Shown here in pieces: positions 9,086 through 17,962 of a stretch of DNA of 64,000 nt. The stretch is from an uncultured Bacteroidales bacterium. GTDB lineage: Bacteria; Bacteroidota; Bacteroidia; Bacteroidales; Bacteroidaceae. The translations under genes were made by a program, and so were the position numbers. Within the stretch, counting starts at the first letter, position 1. Each line of letters starts with the position of its first letter. Where the stretch lies: the NCBI GenBank assembly GCA_902776455.1, contig CACYQI010000026.1, positions 5,686-69,685 of the forward strand, given 5' to 3'. Below the pieces are notes generated by a model. That model ran no database searches, was not told where the DNA came from, and saw only the letters and a list, made by a program, of their open reading frames with translations.

Positions 9086-9180
9086 TTTAACGTATAAAGT
9101 TGACTGACTTAACGTATAAAGTTGACTGACTTAACGTGTAGAGTTGACTGACTTAACGTGTAGAGTTGACTGACTTAACG
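9086..9180. repeat. tandem array of about 4 units of a 22-nt repeat (C family, cttaacgtRtaRagttgactga)
   Basis: Four near-identical 22-mers directly abut the A array. Confidence 0.9.
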
Positions 9181-9318
9181 TGTGAGTCCGCTTGAAAAAG
9201 TCCTGTAAGGACTAAAAGCTCTTAGCCCAGGGCATCGCCCTGGGTAGTAATCAAGCGGTTGTGTTTCGCTCTGTAAGAGCAAAAGCAGACATCTGAACTT
9301 TTCAAGTGGACTCACGTG
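9178..9318. repeat. 141-nt multi-stem element (S element): outer stem gtgagtccgcttgaaaaag/cttttcaagtggactcac enclosing three inner hairpins
   Basis: Inner hairpins are agtcc-tgtaa-ggact, cccagggc-atc-gccctggg and gctctta...taagagc. A second copy lies at 57854-57993. Confidence 0.75.
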
Positions 9319-9366
9319 AAGTTGGATGATGCCGGAAGGAAACTGTGCCTTCTCCCAAAAAGAATC

Positions 9367-9479
9367 GCCACAATCTGCCACAATCTGCCACATTTTCCCC
9401 AATCTGCCACAAATCTGCAACACGCATATCCGTTTGTACTTCAGCGCGATATAGCCCCTCTGTGGCAGATTGGCAGATT
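9367..9479. repeat. decamer-word hairpin (D family, aatctgccac words vs gtggcagatt)
   Basis: Left arm gccacaatctgccacaatctgccac...aatctgccacaaatctgc, right arm ctgtggcagattggcagatt. Confidence 0.8.
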
Positions 9480-9531
9480 TTCTCAGAAAAAAACCTTGTG
9501 TACGCGCGTGCGCGTAACATTATTATATCTA

Positions 9532-10200
9532 CCTCCTTTGACTCCTTGGCTCCTTAGAGTTTTTTTTCTACGGAGCACATGGAGTACATGGAGAAGGCCC
9601 CGCTTCCCTCCTTTTACTCCTTGGCTCCTTAAAGTTTTTGATGCCTAAGGAGTATAGGAGTACAGGAGTTTTAGACGCTGGGAGGGGGCTTCACTTCTCC
9701 GGAGTTTTGGAGGCTGGGAGGGGGCTTCGCTTCTCCTTTGACTCCTTGACTCCTTAGAGTTGTTTTCTACGGAGCACATGGAGTACATGGAGAAGGCCCT
9801 GCTTCCCTCCTTTGCCTCCTTGGCTCCTTAAAGTTTTGATGTCTAAGGAGTATAGGAGTATAGGAGTTTTGGAGGCGGGAAGGGGGCTTCACTTCTCCTT
9901 TGACTCCTTGACTCCTTAGAGTTGTTTTCTACGGAGCACATGGAGTACATGGAAAAGGCCCTGCTTCCCTCCTTTGACTCCTTGGCTCCTTAAAGTTTTG
10001 ATGTCTAAGGAGTATAGGAGTATAGGAGTATAGGAGTTTTGGAGGCGGGGAGGGGGCTTCGCTTCTCCTTTGACTCCTTGACTCCGTAGAGTTTTTTAAT
10101 GTCTAAGGAGTATAGGAGTAAAGGAGTTTTGGAGGCTGGGAGGGGGCTTCACTTCTCCTTTGACTCCTTGACTCCTTAGATATGGAGCACATGGAGAAGC
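9532..10200. repeat. higher-order tandem repeats (about 160-200-bp units, 3-4 copies) built from octamer words (ctccttga, ggagtata, ggagcacatggagtacatgg, ggaggctgggagggggcttc)
   Basis: The anchor ctacggagcacatggagtacatgg recurs at 9568, 9767 and 9929. Confidence 0.85.
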
Positions 10201-10205
10201 ATCCG

Positions 10206-10318
10206 GTTCTGGCGGATTTGAAATCCGACAGAATTGAGAATAAGCATTTGCAATGCTATAAGCTGTGGGGATTACAAATCCCTAACTCAAAACGGCCGGA
10301 TTGCAAATCCGTCCGAAC
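10206..10318. mobile_element. MITE-like four-hairpin element (F family), copy 1
   Basis: Ends gttctggcggatttgaaatccg... and ...cggattgcaaatccgtccgaac are inverted repeats. Internal hairpins are cggatttgaaatccg, gcatttgcaatgc, ggattacaaatcc and cggattgcaaatccg. Confidence 0.7.
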
Positions 10319-10473
10319 AGCGAAGGGGCAGCGCCAAAGGAGCACTCACTCCCCCTAAATGGGGGCGGGGGTCTTGGAGGCTGGGAGGGGGCTTTTCCTC
10401 TCTGGTAGAGGCTGAGAGGGGGCTTCCAGATAAAAAAAATCACACAATTCTTTGAAGGTATTGAAATTCTTAG

Positions 10474-10481
10474 TAATTTTG
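10474..10481 (+). promoter_or_regulatory. -7 box TAATTTTG for the LRR gene
   Basis: The box ends 37 nt upstream of ATG 10518. The paralogue at 56741 has TACTTTTG at the same distance. Confidence 0.65.
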
Positions 10482-10885
10482 TGCTGGAAACAAGTAATTA
10501 CCAACAACACAAAAGATATGAAACGGGAACTTTTACTTCTTCTCGTGGCTCTGCTGCCAATGGTAGCAAGTTCCTACGATGTCCAGATTGATGGCATCTA
10601 TTATGACTTCTCGGGAGACAATGCAACGGTGACTTATCAGAAATATCAAAATGATTATTATGTATCTGATTATTCTGGTGAAGTAGTTATTCCAGAATCT
10701 GTTACTTACGGTGGAAAGACTTACAGCGTGACCAGCATCGGCTACAGGGCCTTCTATGGTTGCAGCGGACTGACCTCCGTCACCATCCCCAACAGCGTGA
10801 CCAGCATCGGCGAGGAGGCCTTCCGAGGTTGCACCAGCCTGACATCCGTCACCATCCCGAACAGCGTGACAAGCATCGGCAACTA

Positions 10886-10984
10886 TGCCTTTGATTGTTG
10901 CACCAGCCTGACTTCCATCACCATCGGGAACAGCGTGACCAGCATCGGCTACAGAGCCTTCTCTGGTTGCACCAGCCTGACCTC
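10886..10984. repeat. 99-nt perfect direct repeat, copy 1 (LRR module)
   Basis: Reads identically to 11231-11329 by eye, offset 345 nt (five 23-aa LRR units). Confidence 0.85.
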
Positions 10985-11230
10985 CGTCACCATCCCAAAC
11001 AGCATGACAAGTATCGGAAGCCAAGCTTTCTATGGAACAGGATGGTATAAAGCCCAGCCAAACGGAATCCTCTATTTAGATAACTGGCTTATAGGTTATA
11101 AAGAAACTAAGCCGACAGGAAATGTAGCTATCAATAGTGGAACAAGAGGAATAGCAAACGCTGCCTTCAAAGATTGCAGCGGCCTGACCTCCGTCACCAT
11201 CCCCAACAGCGTGACCAGCATCGGCGAAAG

Positions 11231-11329
11231 TGCCTTTGATTGTTGCACCAGCCTGACTTCCATCACCATCGGGAACAGCGTGACCAGCATCGGCTACAGA
11301 GCCTTCTCTGGTTGCACCAGCCTGACCTC
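11231..11329. repeat. 99-nt perfect direct repeat, copy 2; the frameshift lies exactly at its 3' edge
   Basis: Same string as 10886-10984. The next base diverges (catcccg vs ccgtcacc). Confidence 0.85.
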
Positions 11330-13538
11330 ATCCCGAACAGCGTGACCAGCATCGGCAGCTGTGCCTTTCTAGATTGCAAAGGACTGACCTCCGTCACCAT
11401 TCCCAATAGCGTAACAAGCATCGGCGGCGGTGCCTTCTCTTATTGCACCAGCCTGACCTCCATGACTATCCCCAACAGCGTAACCAGCATTGGCGGGGAG
11501 GCCTTCCGAGGTTGCACCAGCCTGACCTCCGTCACCATCCCGAACAGCGTGACCAGCATCGGCAGCTGTGCCTTCCAAGGTTGCAGCAGCCTTACCTCCA
11601 TCACCATCCCGAACAGCGTGACAAGCATCCGTGACTTTGCCTTCTCATATTGCAGCAGCCTGACCTCTATCACCATCCCCAACAGCGTGACCAGCATCGG
11701 CAGTTGTGCCTTCTATGATTGCAGCGGTCTGACCTCCGTCACCATCCCCAACAGCGTGACAAGCATCGGCAACTATGCCTTCGATGGTTGCAGCAGCCTA
11801 AAAAAAACTATTTGGCTCACTAATACACCCCCTTCTGGTTACACTAATGTAAAGGGAACCATTAATTATGTATCAAACGAACAGTATTCTGGCCTCTCAA
11901 ACACAATTATCTATCCTTTCTTGAGTTCAATGTTCGAAGTTAATGGTGTTTGCTACGTACCTGTAAATCCCTCTGAACGTACTTGCGATCCCATTGATTG
12001 TAGGCATAATGAGACGGCTGCCCACCTGAATATTGCTTCTACTGTATCCTATAAAGGAATAACCATGCATGTAAACAAAGTGCAACCCTATTTCTGTTAT
12101 AAAAATCCATTTGTACAAACTTTGAATTGCGACTATGAAGGCGAAATATGCAATTATGCGTTTAGTGGTTGTACAAATTTATATAGTCTGACATTAGGCA
12201 AGAAAGTATCGTCGATTGGTGTTTGTTCCTTCCAAGGTTGTTCATCCTTGGCCTCTGTCACCATCCCAGATTCGGTTAGTACATTAGGAAACTATGCTTT
12301 CTCTGGCTGTTCTTCACTTGCCAGCGTTAGACTGGGAAATAACATCAAGTCATTAGGAAGTTATGTGTTCCAAAATTGTGGGATTCCTGCTATCAGCATT
12401 CCTGCATCCGTCAACTCCATCAATAATTATGCTTTTTCGGGATGTACGAAACTAAAAACTATTATCATTGCTAATCGCGATAACGAATTGTCGTTGGGCA
12501 GCAATGACAGTTCGCCCTTATTTTCAGACTGCCCTCTCGACTCTGTGTATATTGGCGGGAACATCAATTACAACACCTCTTCGAGCTATGGTTACTCCCC
12601 ATTCTACCGCAACACATCACTGCGCATGGTAGTTATTGCAGACAAAGAAACAGAGGTTTCTCCGAATGAGTTCTATGGTTGCACCAACTTGCAGAACTTC
12701 ACAATTGGCGATGGCGTCACATCATTCGGCAACTGGGCTTTCTCAGGTTGCACAAGCTTGAAGCGTCTTTCTTTCGGCTCTCATTTGGCTTCAATCGGTA
12801 AAGAGGCATTCTCAGATTGCTCATCTGTAATCGAGATAGTAAGTAAGGCGGTGACTCCTCCTTCTTGCGGAACACAGGCGCTGGATGACATCAACAAATG
12901 GGAATGTACGCTTACTGTCCCCAAAGGAAGTCTGGCTTCTTATCAGCAGGCAGAGCAATGGAAAGAATTCTTCTTTATCAATGAAGGCAATGGAGAAGAA
13001 CCGCCTGTCATCCCTGACCCCGAGAAGTGTGCAACGCCTACCATCAGCTATGTTAATGGCAAGTTGGTATTCGACAGCGAGACAGAGGATGTCGTTTTCC
13101 ATTCCTCGATTACTGATACTGACATCGCTTCGTATCTCAACAAAGAGATTTCCCTCTCCGCTACCTACACTATCACTGTCTATGCCACAAAGGCTGGCTA
13201 TGAGAACAGCAACGTAGCAACGGCCACCCTCTGTTGGATTGACGCAGAGCCGAGGTCGGAAGGTCTGGAAGAGGATGCTGTGACTGAAATAAAGGCTCTG
13301 CCCGTCCTCATTCAGGCACAAGCTGGCTTCATCAACGTTCAAGGCTTGGAGGCAGGCACAGAAGTCTCGGCCTACAACACCAGCGGCATGCTCTTAGACA
13401 CTATCGTCAGCGGTCAGGACACAGCAACGCTCCGCACCAAGATCCCCGCAGGTTCCACAGCTATCGTGAAGATAGGCCAGAGGGCTATAAAGGTCATGGT
13501 TAAGTGAATCCTTACACGTTAACTTACAAAACATCGCT

Positions 13539-13778
13539 ATGATAACTTACATCCTTACTCTAATTTGTGCGGCAACTATCCTGTTGGCAGCCTACTTTGC
13601 CATTCGTTACAGGAAGGTGAACGCCTATATTCGTTTGGCTGCACTCGCCGTCGCTGCTGCATTTGTGCTGTTCCTCTACTTCAAGTACGACGATACGTCG
13701 CAGCTCTACGGCCTTGGCATCTTGGCTGTGGCCCTTGTGTTCCCCGTCATAGACATCAAACGAAATGCTAAAGAGTAA
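13539..13778 (+). CDS. small hypothetical membrane protein
   Basis: 79 aa with two or three hydrophobic helices. It overlaps the next gene by 14 nt. No recognisable family. Confidence 0.4.
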   Translation: MITYILTLICAATILLAAYFAIRYRKVNAYIRLAALAVAAAFVLFLYFKYDDTSQLYGLGILAVALVFPVIDIKRNAKE

Positions 13779-14277
13779 GAGACTGAGACTGAGGGCAGTG
13801 GAGCCGGAGGACCTCGACTTGATGTACCTCATAGAGAACGACACCACGTTGTGGCCTCTGGGCGAGGCTACGGTTCCGTTCTCTCATTTCGCCCTGAAGC
13901 AGTACATCGCCGAGAGCTGCAACGACATCTTCCGCGACCGTCAGCTTCGCCTCGTCATTGAGACGGCCGATGGCAGCAGCGTCGGTTTTGTCGATTTGCA
14001 GCACTACGAGCCTCTGCACCAGCGGGCCGAAGTGGGCATCGTGGTTGTTCCTGAGCAGCAACGCAAGGGCATCGCTACCGAAGCCCTCTGTCTGCTTGCC
14101 GAATATGCTGCCTCTCATCTTGGCATCCACCAGCTCTGCGCTATCGTTCCCGAAAGCAATGTGGCCTCCGCAGCCCTCTTCCAGAAGTGTGGATACAAGC
14201 AGACTGCCACCCTTCAGGACTGGCTGAAAAGCCCCGAAGGATGGCAGTCGGCCTTTGTGTTTCAAAGCCTTCTCTAA
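13765..14277 (+). CDS. GNAT family N-acetyltransferase (RimJ/RimL-like)
   Basis: 170 aa. LRLRAVEPEDLDLMY...AEVGIVVVPEQQRKGIATEAL matches the GNAT acetyl-CoA motif Q/RxxGxA. Confidence 0.8.
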   Translation: MLKSKRLRLRAVEPEDLDLMYLIENDTTLWPLGEATVPFSHFALKQYIAESCNDIFRDRQLRLVIETADGSSVGFVDLQHYEPLHQRAEVGIVVVPEQQRKGIATEALCLLAEYAASHLGIHQLCAIVPESNVASAALFQKCGYKQTATLQDWLKSPEGWQSAFVFQSLL

Positions 14278-14326
14278 ATCTCAGGGGAGACTTCCCCCCT
14301 CCTTGAAGGGGTAAGGTGGAGGCTTT

Positions 14327-16567
14327 TTAGAACTCGTATCCCAAGCTTAGGAAGAAGTATGCCTTCTTCGTCCTGTTGCTGTAGCCGATGCTGCCGCCAA
14401 GGGGACCGAAGATGGTGTTGTAGTAGTAGGAGAGCTGACCGCCGACGAGTGTGCGATGGTCGAAGAGTTCGCCCAGCTTGTTTGCCTGCTGCCCGACGGC
14501 AAGGCGAAGCAGGATGTAGTGGTTGCGACCTATGCGCTGCTGTCCCTGCAACTGTGCTGCGACGAACTGCTTCCCTACGTACTCCATGTTGCCGATGCCG
14601 GCGAAGGGCATCTGCTGCTCGATGTAGTGGCTGAACCACTCGCCGCCTACTGTGTTGCCGAAGAAGGGAGGAATGTCGTCGCCGAATATCAGACGTCCGT
14701 AGAGCATGGGCTGGAGGGTGAAACGCTTGCCGAAGGTGAACGACATGCGCCAGCTGGCACTGACATCGTTCATGCCGGAATGGCCCTCAAGTCTGGCAAA
14801 GTTGTCGGTCAGGTAGTTGTAGCCTGCCTTGAAGCGTGCGCCTCGGGTAGGGAATATCCAGTTGTCTTCGCTGTTGTAGTCAACCTTGGCGCGGTAGCTG
14901 AAGTAGTGGCCGTTCTTCAGCGTGATGATGTTGTTCAGCTTGTCCGACACCAGTCTGTCGACATAATGTATGTAGTCCCAACGCAATCCCACTTGCAGGT
15001 TGAAGTGACGAATCTCGTGGGTGATGGGGATGAGGTTCGCTTGGTACTGATTATAGAGAAGGCTGTAGTCGCGGTCGCCATTGATATACAAGTCCAAATC
15101 GCTTCGGCGGAAGGTGAAATCGATGGAGGGACGTGTGAAGCTCCGCGGATGGATGGTCCAGGCCCCCCGTGCCATTATGCGTTTTCCCAGTCGCACGGTC
15201 ACGTCGGCATTCATGGGCGTGGCAGTCTTGAACGGTATCTCGGCACTTGCCTGCAACGAGGCGTGTTCTTCCGTGTCGTAGCGCATGCCGGCATGCAGCT
15301 GGACGGACTTGCGGTTGCCTGCTGAGATGATGATGCGCACACCGTCGCCGTCGTGCACGAACTGGCATTCGGCCGTCTGATAGAAGAGGTCGATGCGCAT
15401 GCTTGTAGTGATTTGCTGTGCCAGCTCTGCATCGATGCTGTCCCTCTTATGCAACGAGAATTTCTGCCGGATGAATTGCTCTGCCTGGGGTGTCATGTTC
15501 TCGAAGGAATAGCCGGTGACGTGCTGCTTCTCGGTCATCGCCTGCGGTCGCAAGGGCTGCAGGATGGTGGGGCGGAAGTCGTCGCTGATGCCGATGCGCT
15601 TCTTCAGGGCTATGATGTCGTCCCAATGGCGCATGGCTTCCTCTTCGCCTCTGCGGACAAGGGTGTCGATGGCGGCTGTGGAGAAGCTGGCAGAGCTGTA
15701 GCCCTTCGTGTTCACCTGTATGTGAAGGTCGGTGATGGCAAGGTTCTCTTCGACCTTATTCTTACAGTTCACATCGACGATTTGGCTGATGATGCTCATC
15801 GTGCCGCCCATGTCCTCGGCTACCTTCGGCGCACCCTGAACGGTGACGCCTATGATGATGTCGGCTCCCATCTCGCGTGCCAAGTCGGCAGGGTAGTTGT
15901 TCTTCAAACCGCCATCGACCAGCACTTTGTCGCCTATCCTGACGGGCGCGAAGGCACCGGGTATCGACATCGAGGAGCGCATGGCTTGCGGCAGACGTCC
16001 GCTGTGGAAGTCAACCTCGCTGTTGTCGATGATATCTGTCGCCACACAGGCGAAGGGGATGGGCAGGTCTTTCGAGAAGTCGAGCGAATCGGTGTAGCCT
16101 GTGCAGATTTGCTGGAACAGCTCTGCCAGGTTTTTCCCCTTGATGAGGCCGCCTCTGTTTGCATCGCGTTTGCCGATGGTCAGGCCCGTGGTGAAGATAT
16201 AGGTGTATTGCTTCAGGCGGTCTCTGAGGCTTTGGTTGTTCAGGTTCTCTTTGTCGCTGATGGTGTAGGCCCAGTCTTGCGACTTAGCCACCGAGTCGAG
16301 GGCGTTGGCATTGTAGCCGATGGCATAGAGTCCGCCGATGATGCTGCCCATCGAAGTGCCGGTGATGATATCAACGGGGATGCCGGCTTTCTCCAGGACC
16401 TTCAGCACGCCGATGTGGGCCATGCCTTTTGCACCGCCGCCGCTGAGTACGACGCCCACCTTCTTGCGCTGTGGCTCTTGCTGAGCTTCTTGTTGTGCTT
16501 CTTGCTGTGCGTTTGCCGCCGCGCATAGCACCATTGCAGCGACGAGCGTCAGTAGTCTTGCTTTCAT
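14327..16567 (-). CDS. patatin-like phospholipase fused to an Omp85/surface-antigen-type beta-barrel
   Basis: Signal peptide, GVVLSGGGAKGMAHIG oxyanion motif, GTSMG (GxSxG), and a C-terminal barrel ending ...FFLSLGYEF. Confidence 0.8.
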   Translation of the reverse strand: MKARLLTLVAAMVLCAAANAQQEAQQEAQQEPQRKKVGVVLSGGGAKGMAHIGVLKVLEKAGIPVDIITGTSMGSIIGGLYAIGYNANALDSVAKSQDWAYTISDKENLNNQSLRDRLKQYTYIFTTGLTIGKRDANRGGLIKGKNLAELFQQICTGYTDSLDFSKDLPIPFACVATDIIDNSEVDFHSGRLPQAMRSSMSIPGAFAPVRIGDKVLVDGGLKNNYPADLAREMGADIIIGVTVQGAPKVAEDMGGTMSIISQIVDVNCKNKVEENLAITDLHIQVNTKGYSSASFSTAAIDTLVRRGEEEAMRHWDDIIALKKRIGISDDFRPTILQPLRPQAMTEKQHVTGYSFENMTPQAEQFIRQKFSLHKRDSIDAELAQQITTSMRIDLFYQTAECQFVHDGDGVRIIISAGNRKSVQLHAGMRYDTEEHASLQASAEIPFKTATPMNADVTVRLGKRIMARGAWTIHPRSFTRPSIDFTFRRSDLDLYINGDRDYSLLYNQYQANLIPITHEIRHFNLQVGLRWDYIHYVDRLVSDKLNNIITLKNGHYFSYRAKVDYNSEDNWIFPTRGARFKAGYNYLTDNFARLEGHSGMNDVSASWRMSFTFGKRFTLQPMLYGRLIFGDDIPPFFGNTVGGEWFSHYIEQQMPFAGIGNMEYVGKQFVAAQLQGQQRIGRNHYILLRLAVGQQANKLGELFDHRTLVGGQLSYYYNTIFGPLGGSIGYSNRTKKAYFFLSLGYEF
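16475..16510. repeat. 3 x 12-nt in-frame tandem repeat (QQEA)3 just after the patatin signal peptide
   Basis: ctcttgctgagc ttcttgttgtgc ttcttgctgtgc. Confidence 0.7.
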
Positions 16568-16588
16568 GTCTTTGAATTAATGAGAGGC

Positions 16589-17962
16589 TTATTGTACCGT
16601 AAGTTTTCCTGTGACGCGGAGGTATTCTGTCTCGTAGATACGCTGTTGTGTCTGTGCTTCGATGAGGTTGCTGTGAGCCTGTTGCCACTGGCTTTGGGCA
16701 TCCAGGAGGTCGGTCATCGTCGCCATCTGCGTGTCGTAGCGCAGACGCATCATGCGGAGGTTCTCGTCGGCCTGCTGTTGGCTGAGCGTTGCAGTCCTGA
16801 CCATTTGCTCGCTGTCAGTAAGGTTCTGTACGGCTTGGCGTACCTCAACATGCATGCCTCGCTCGCCCTGTTGCAGTTGCAGGCGGGCGTTCTCCACGTC
16901 TATCTTGGCCTTCTTTACCTTCTTCAGCTCTGCCCCCCAGTGGAACAGCGGTACGCTGACGTTCAGCATGGCTATTGGATTGAAGTCGCTGAAGGTGTGG
17001 CTGATGGTTATGGGCATGCCGTCGAGGTTGCGGATGGCACCCTTCAGCTTGAGGTTGTCGTAGTAGCTCAAGCGGCCCACGATAGCTACGGTGGGAAGGT
17101 AATTGGCGCGGGTGGCCTTGAGGGCAGCCTGCTTGGCCTTCACCTGCCAGTTGAGGAGCTGGAGGTCGGGGCGGGAGGAGAAGTCTTCATCGAGTTGCGT
17201 TGACAACGCAACATACGGGACGGAAGAGAGCGAAGCAGACGATGAGGGGAGCGAAGCAGTAGGGGCGGAGGGCTGCGGCGCAGAGGGGAGGGTGTCGGTG
17301 GGGGTGATGGAAGCTTCGAAGTCTGTGCCGATGATGTTGGCAAGAGCTAGTTGGCAGAGCTGTTCGCCGTTGCGGGCTTTCTGGAGCTGATAGGCGATTT
17401 CGCTCTGCTTGGCTGTGATGCGAAGCAGGTCGTTGTTGGTTGCCAGCTCGGCATTGACGCTGAGTTGCACCTTGTCGTAGAGGCTTTGTATCTGACGGGC
17501 GTAGGCTTCCAGCATCTGCACCTTGGAGCGGACGGCAACAAGCTGGTAGTAAGCATGGTCAACGCTGGCGATGAGCTGCATCTCCGTCTTGCGGCGTTGC
17601 TCTTCGCTCACCTTCTCTCCGATGGCTGCCAAGCGGTTGGCTGCCGTTATCCTGCCGCCGACGTAGAGCGGCTCGGTGATGTTGAGGCCCGCCATGTAAG
17701 TGCCACGAGCCTGGAGGGACATGCCGATGATGTCCTGGTCCTTCATCAAAATGGTCGTGAACGAACCGTCGATCTTCGGCAGATACTGCGCGAAGGCTAT
17801 CTTGCGGTCAAGCTCAGCCTGCCGGACAGCGTTGTCGGCCATCTGCATCTGCTCGTTGTACTGGAGAGCGAGGCGGCGGCATTCGGCGAGGGAGCGAGGC
17901 TGGGCAAGGAGTTGCGTTGACAACGCAACAGACAGGACGAGGGCTGTTATGTTCTTTTTCAT
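16589..17962 (-). CDS. TolC-family outer-membrane efflux protein (third gene of RND operon 1)
   Basis: The true start is MKKNITALVLSVALSTQLLAQ at 17962, with an ATGA overlap with the RND stop. The longer track ORF (to 18592) overlaps the pump gene. Confidence 0.8.
   Translation of the reverse strand: MKKNITALVLSVALSTQLLAQPRSLAECRRLALQYNEQMQMADNAVRQAELDRKIAFAQYLPKIDGSFTTILMKDQDIIGMSLQARGTYMAGLNITEPLYVGGRITAANRLAAIGEKVSEEQRRKTEMQLIASVDHAYYQLVAVRSKVQMLEAYARQIQSLYDKVQLSVNAELATNNDLLRITAKQSEIAYQLQKARNGEQLCQLALANIIGTDFEASITPTDTLPSAPQPSAPTASLPSSSASLSSVPYVALSTQLDEDFSSRPDLQLLNWQVKAKQAALKATRANYLPTVAIVGRLSYYDNLKLKGAIRNLDGMPITISHTFSDFNPIAMLNVSVPLFHWGAELKKVKKAKIDVENARLQLQQGERGMHVEVRQAVQNLTDSEQMVRTATLSQQQADENLRMMRLRYDTQMATMTDLLDAQSQWQQAHSNLIEAQTQQRIYETEYLRVTGKLTVQ
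17194..17212. repeat. 19-nt palindrome gttgcgttg-a-caacgcaac (I family) inside TolC
   Basis: Encodes VALSTQL. It is part of a 33-nt match to the 48-bp intergenic units at 38622-38765. Confidence 0.9.
17911..17929. repeat. second identical 19-nt palindrome inside the TolC signal-peptide region
   Basis: Same 19-mer and same frame, again encoding VALSTQL. Confidence 0.9.

Larger units (their letters stand above)
10518..13507 (+). pseudogene. BspA-like leucine-rich-repeat surface protein with T9SS C-terminal domain, split by a frameshift at 11329/11330
   Basis: ORF 10452..11345 supplies the signal peptide ([19 protein letters not shown], from ATG 10518). ORF 11240..13507 supplies the IPNSVTSIG-type 23-aa LRRs and the CTD. 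The repeat consensus ctgacctc-cgtcacc-atcccgaac lacks the 7 nt cgtcacc at the junction. Confidence 0.75.

Noticed and set aside
8880-9180. Whether the 22-nt tandem arrays (also 53391-53516 and 58043-58167) are CRISPR arrays.
   Set aside because: Units are directly head-to-tail with no unique spacers, the unit length is below typical CRISPR repeats, and no cas genes are present in the window.
9316-10455. ORFs running through the repeat islands and arrays. These are 9175..9423, 9302..9520, 9316..9648, 9345..9557, 10234..10455, 38280..38741, 38492..38770, 38514..38978, 57331..57561, 57548..57913, 57635..57850 and 58107..58334.
   Set aside because: They are open only because of repeat periodicity, they use non-ATG starts, they translate to repetitive peptides, and they overlap one another in several frames.
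10452-10517. Upstream alternative starts used by the ORF track (10452, 56789, 46362, 48706, 58398, 24836).
   Set aside because: All are TTG/GTG or precede the TAnnTTTG box. In-frame ATGs that immediately begin a signal peptide or lipobox lie downstream at 10518, 56741, 46224, 48658 and 58449. The MBOAT start remains unresolved.
10518-13507. A diversity-generating retroelement or shufflon acting on the LRR genes.
   Set aside because: No reverse transcriptase, template repeat with adenine-specific differences, or site-specific recombinase gene is present in the 64 kb. Variation between paralogues looks like ordinary divergence plus module recombination.
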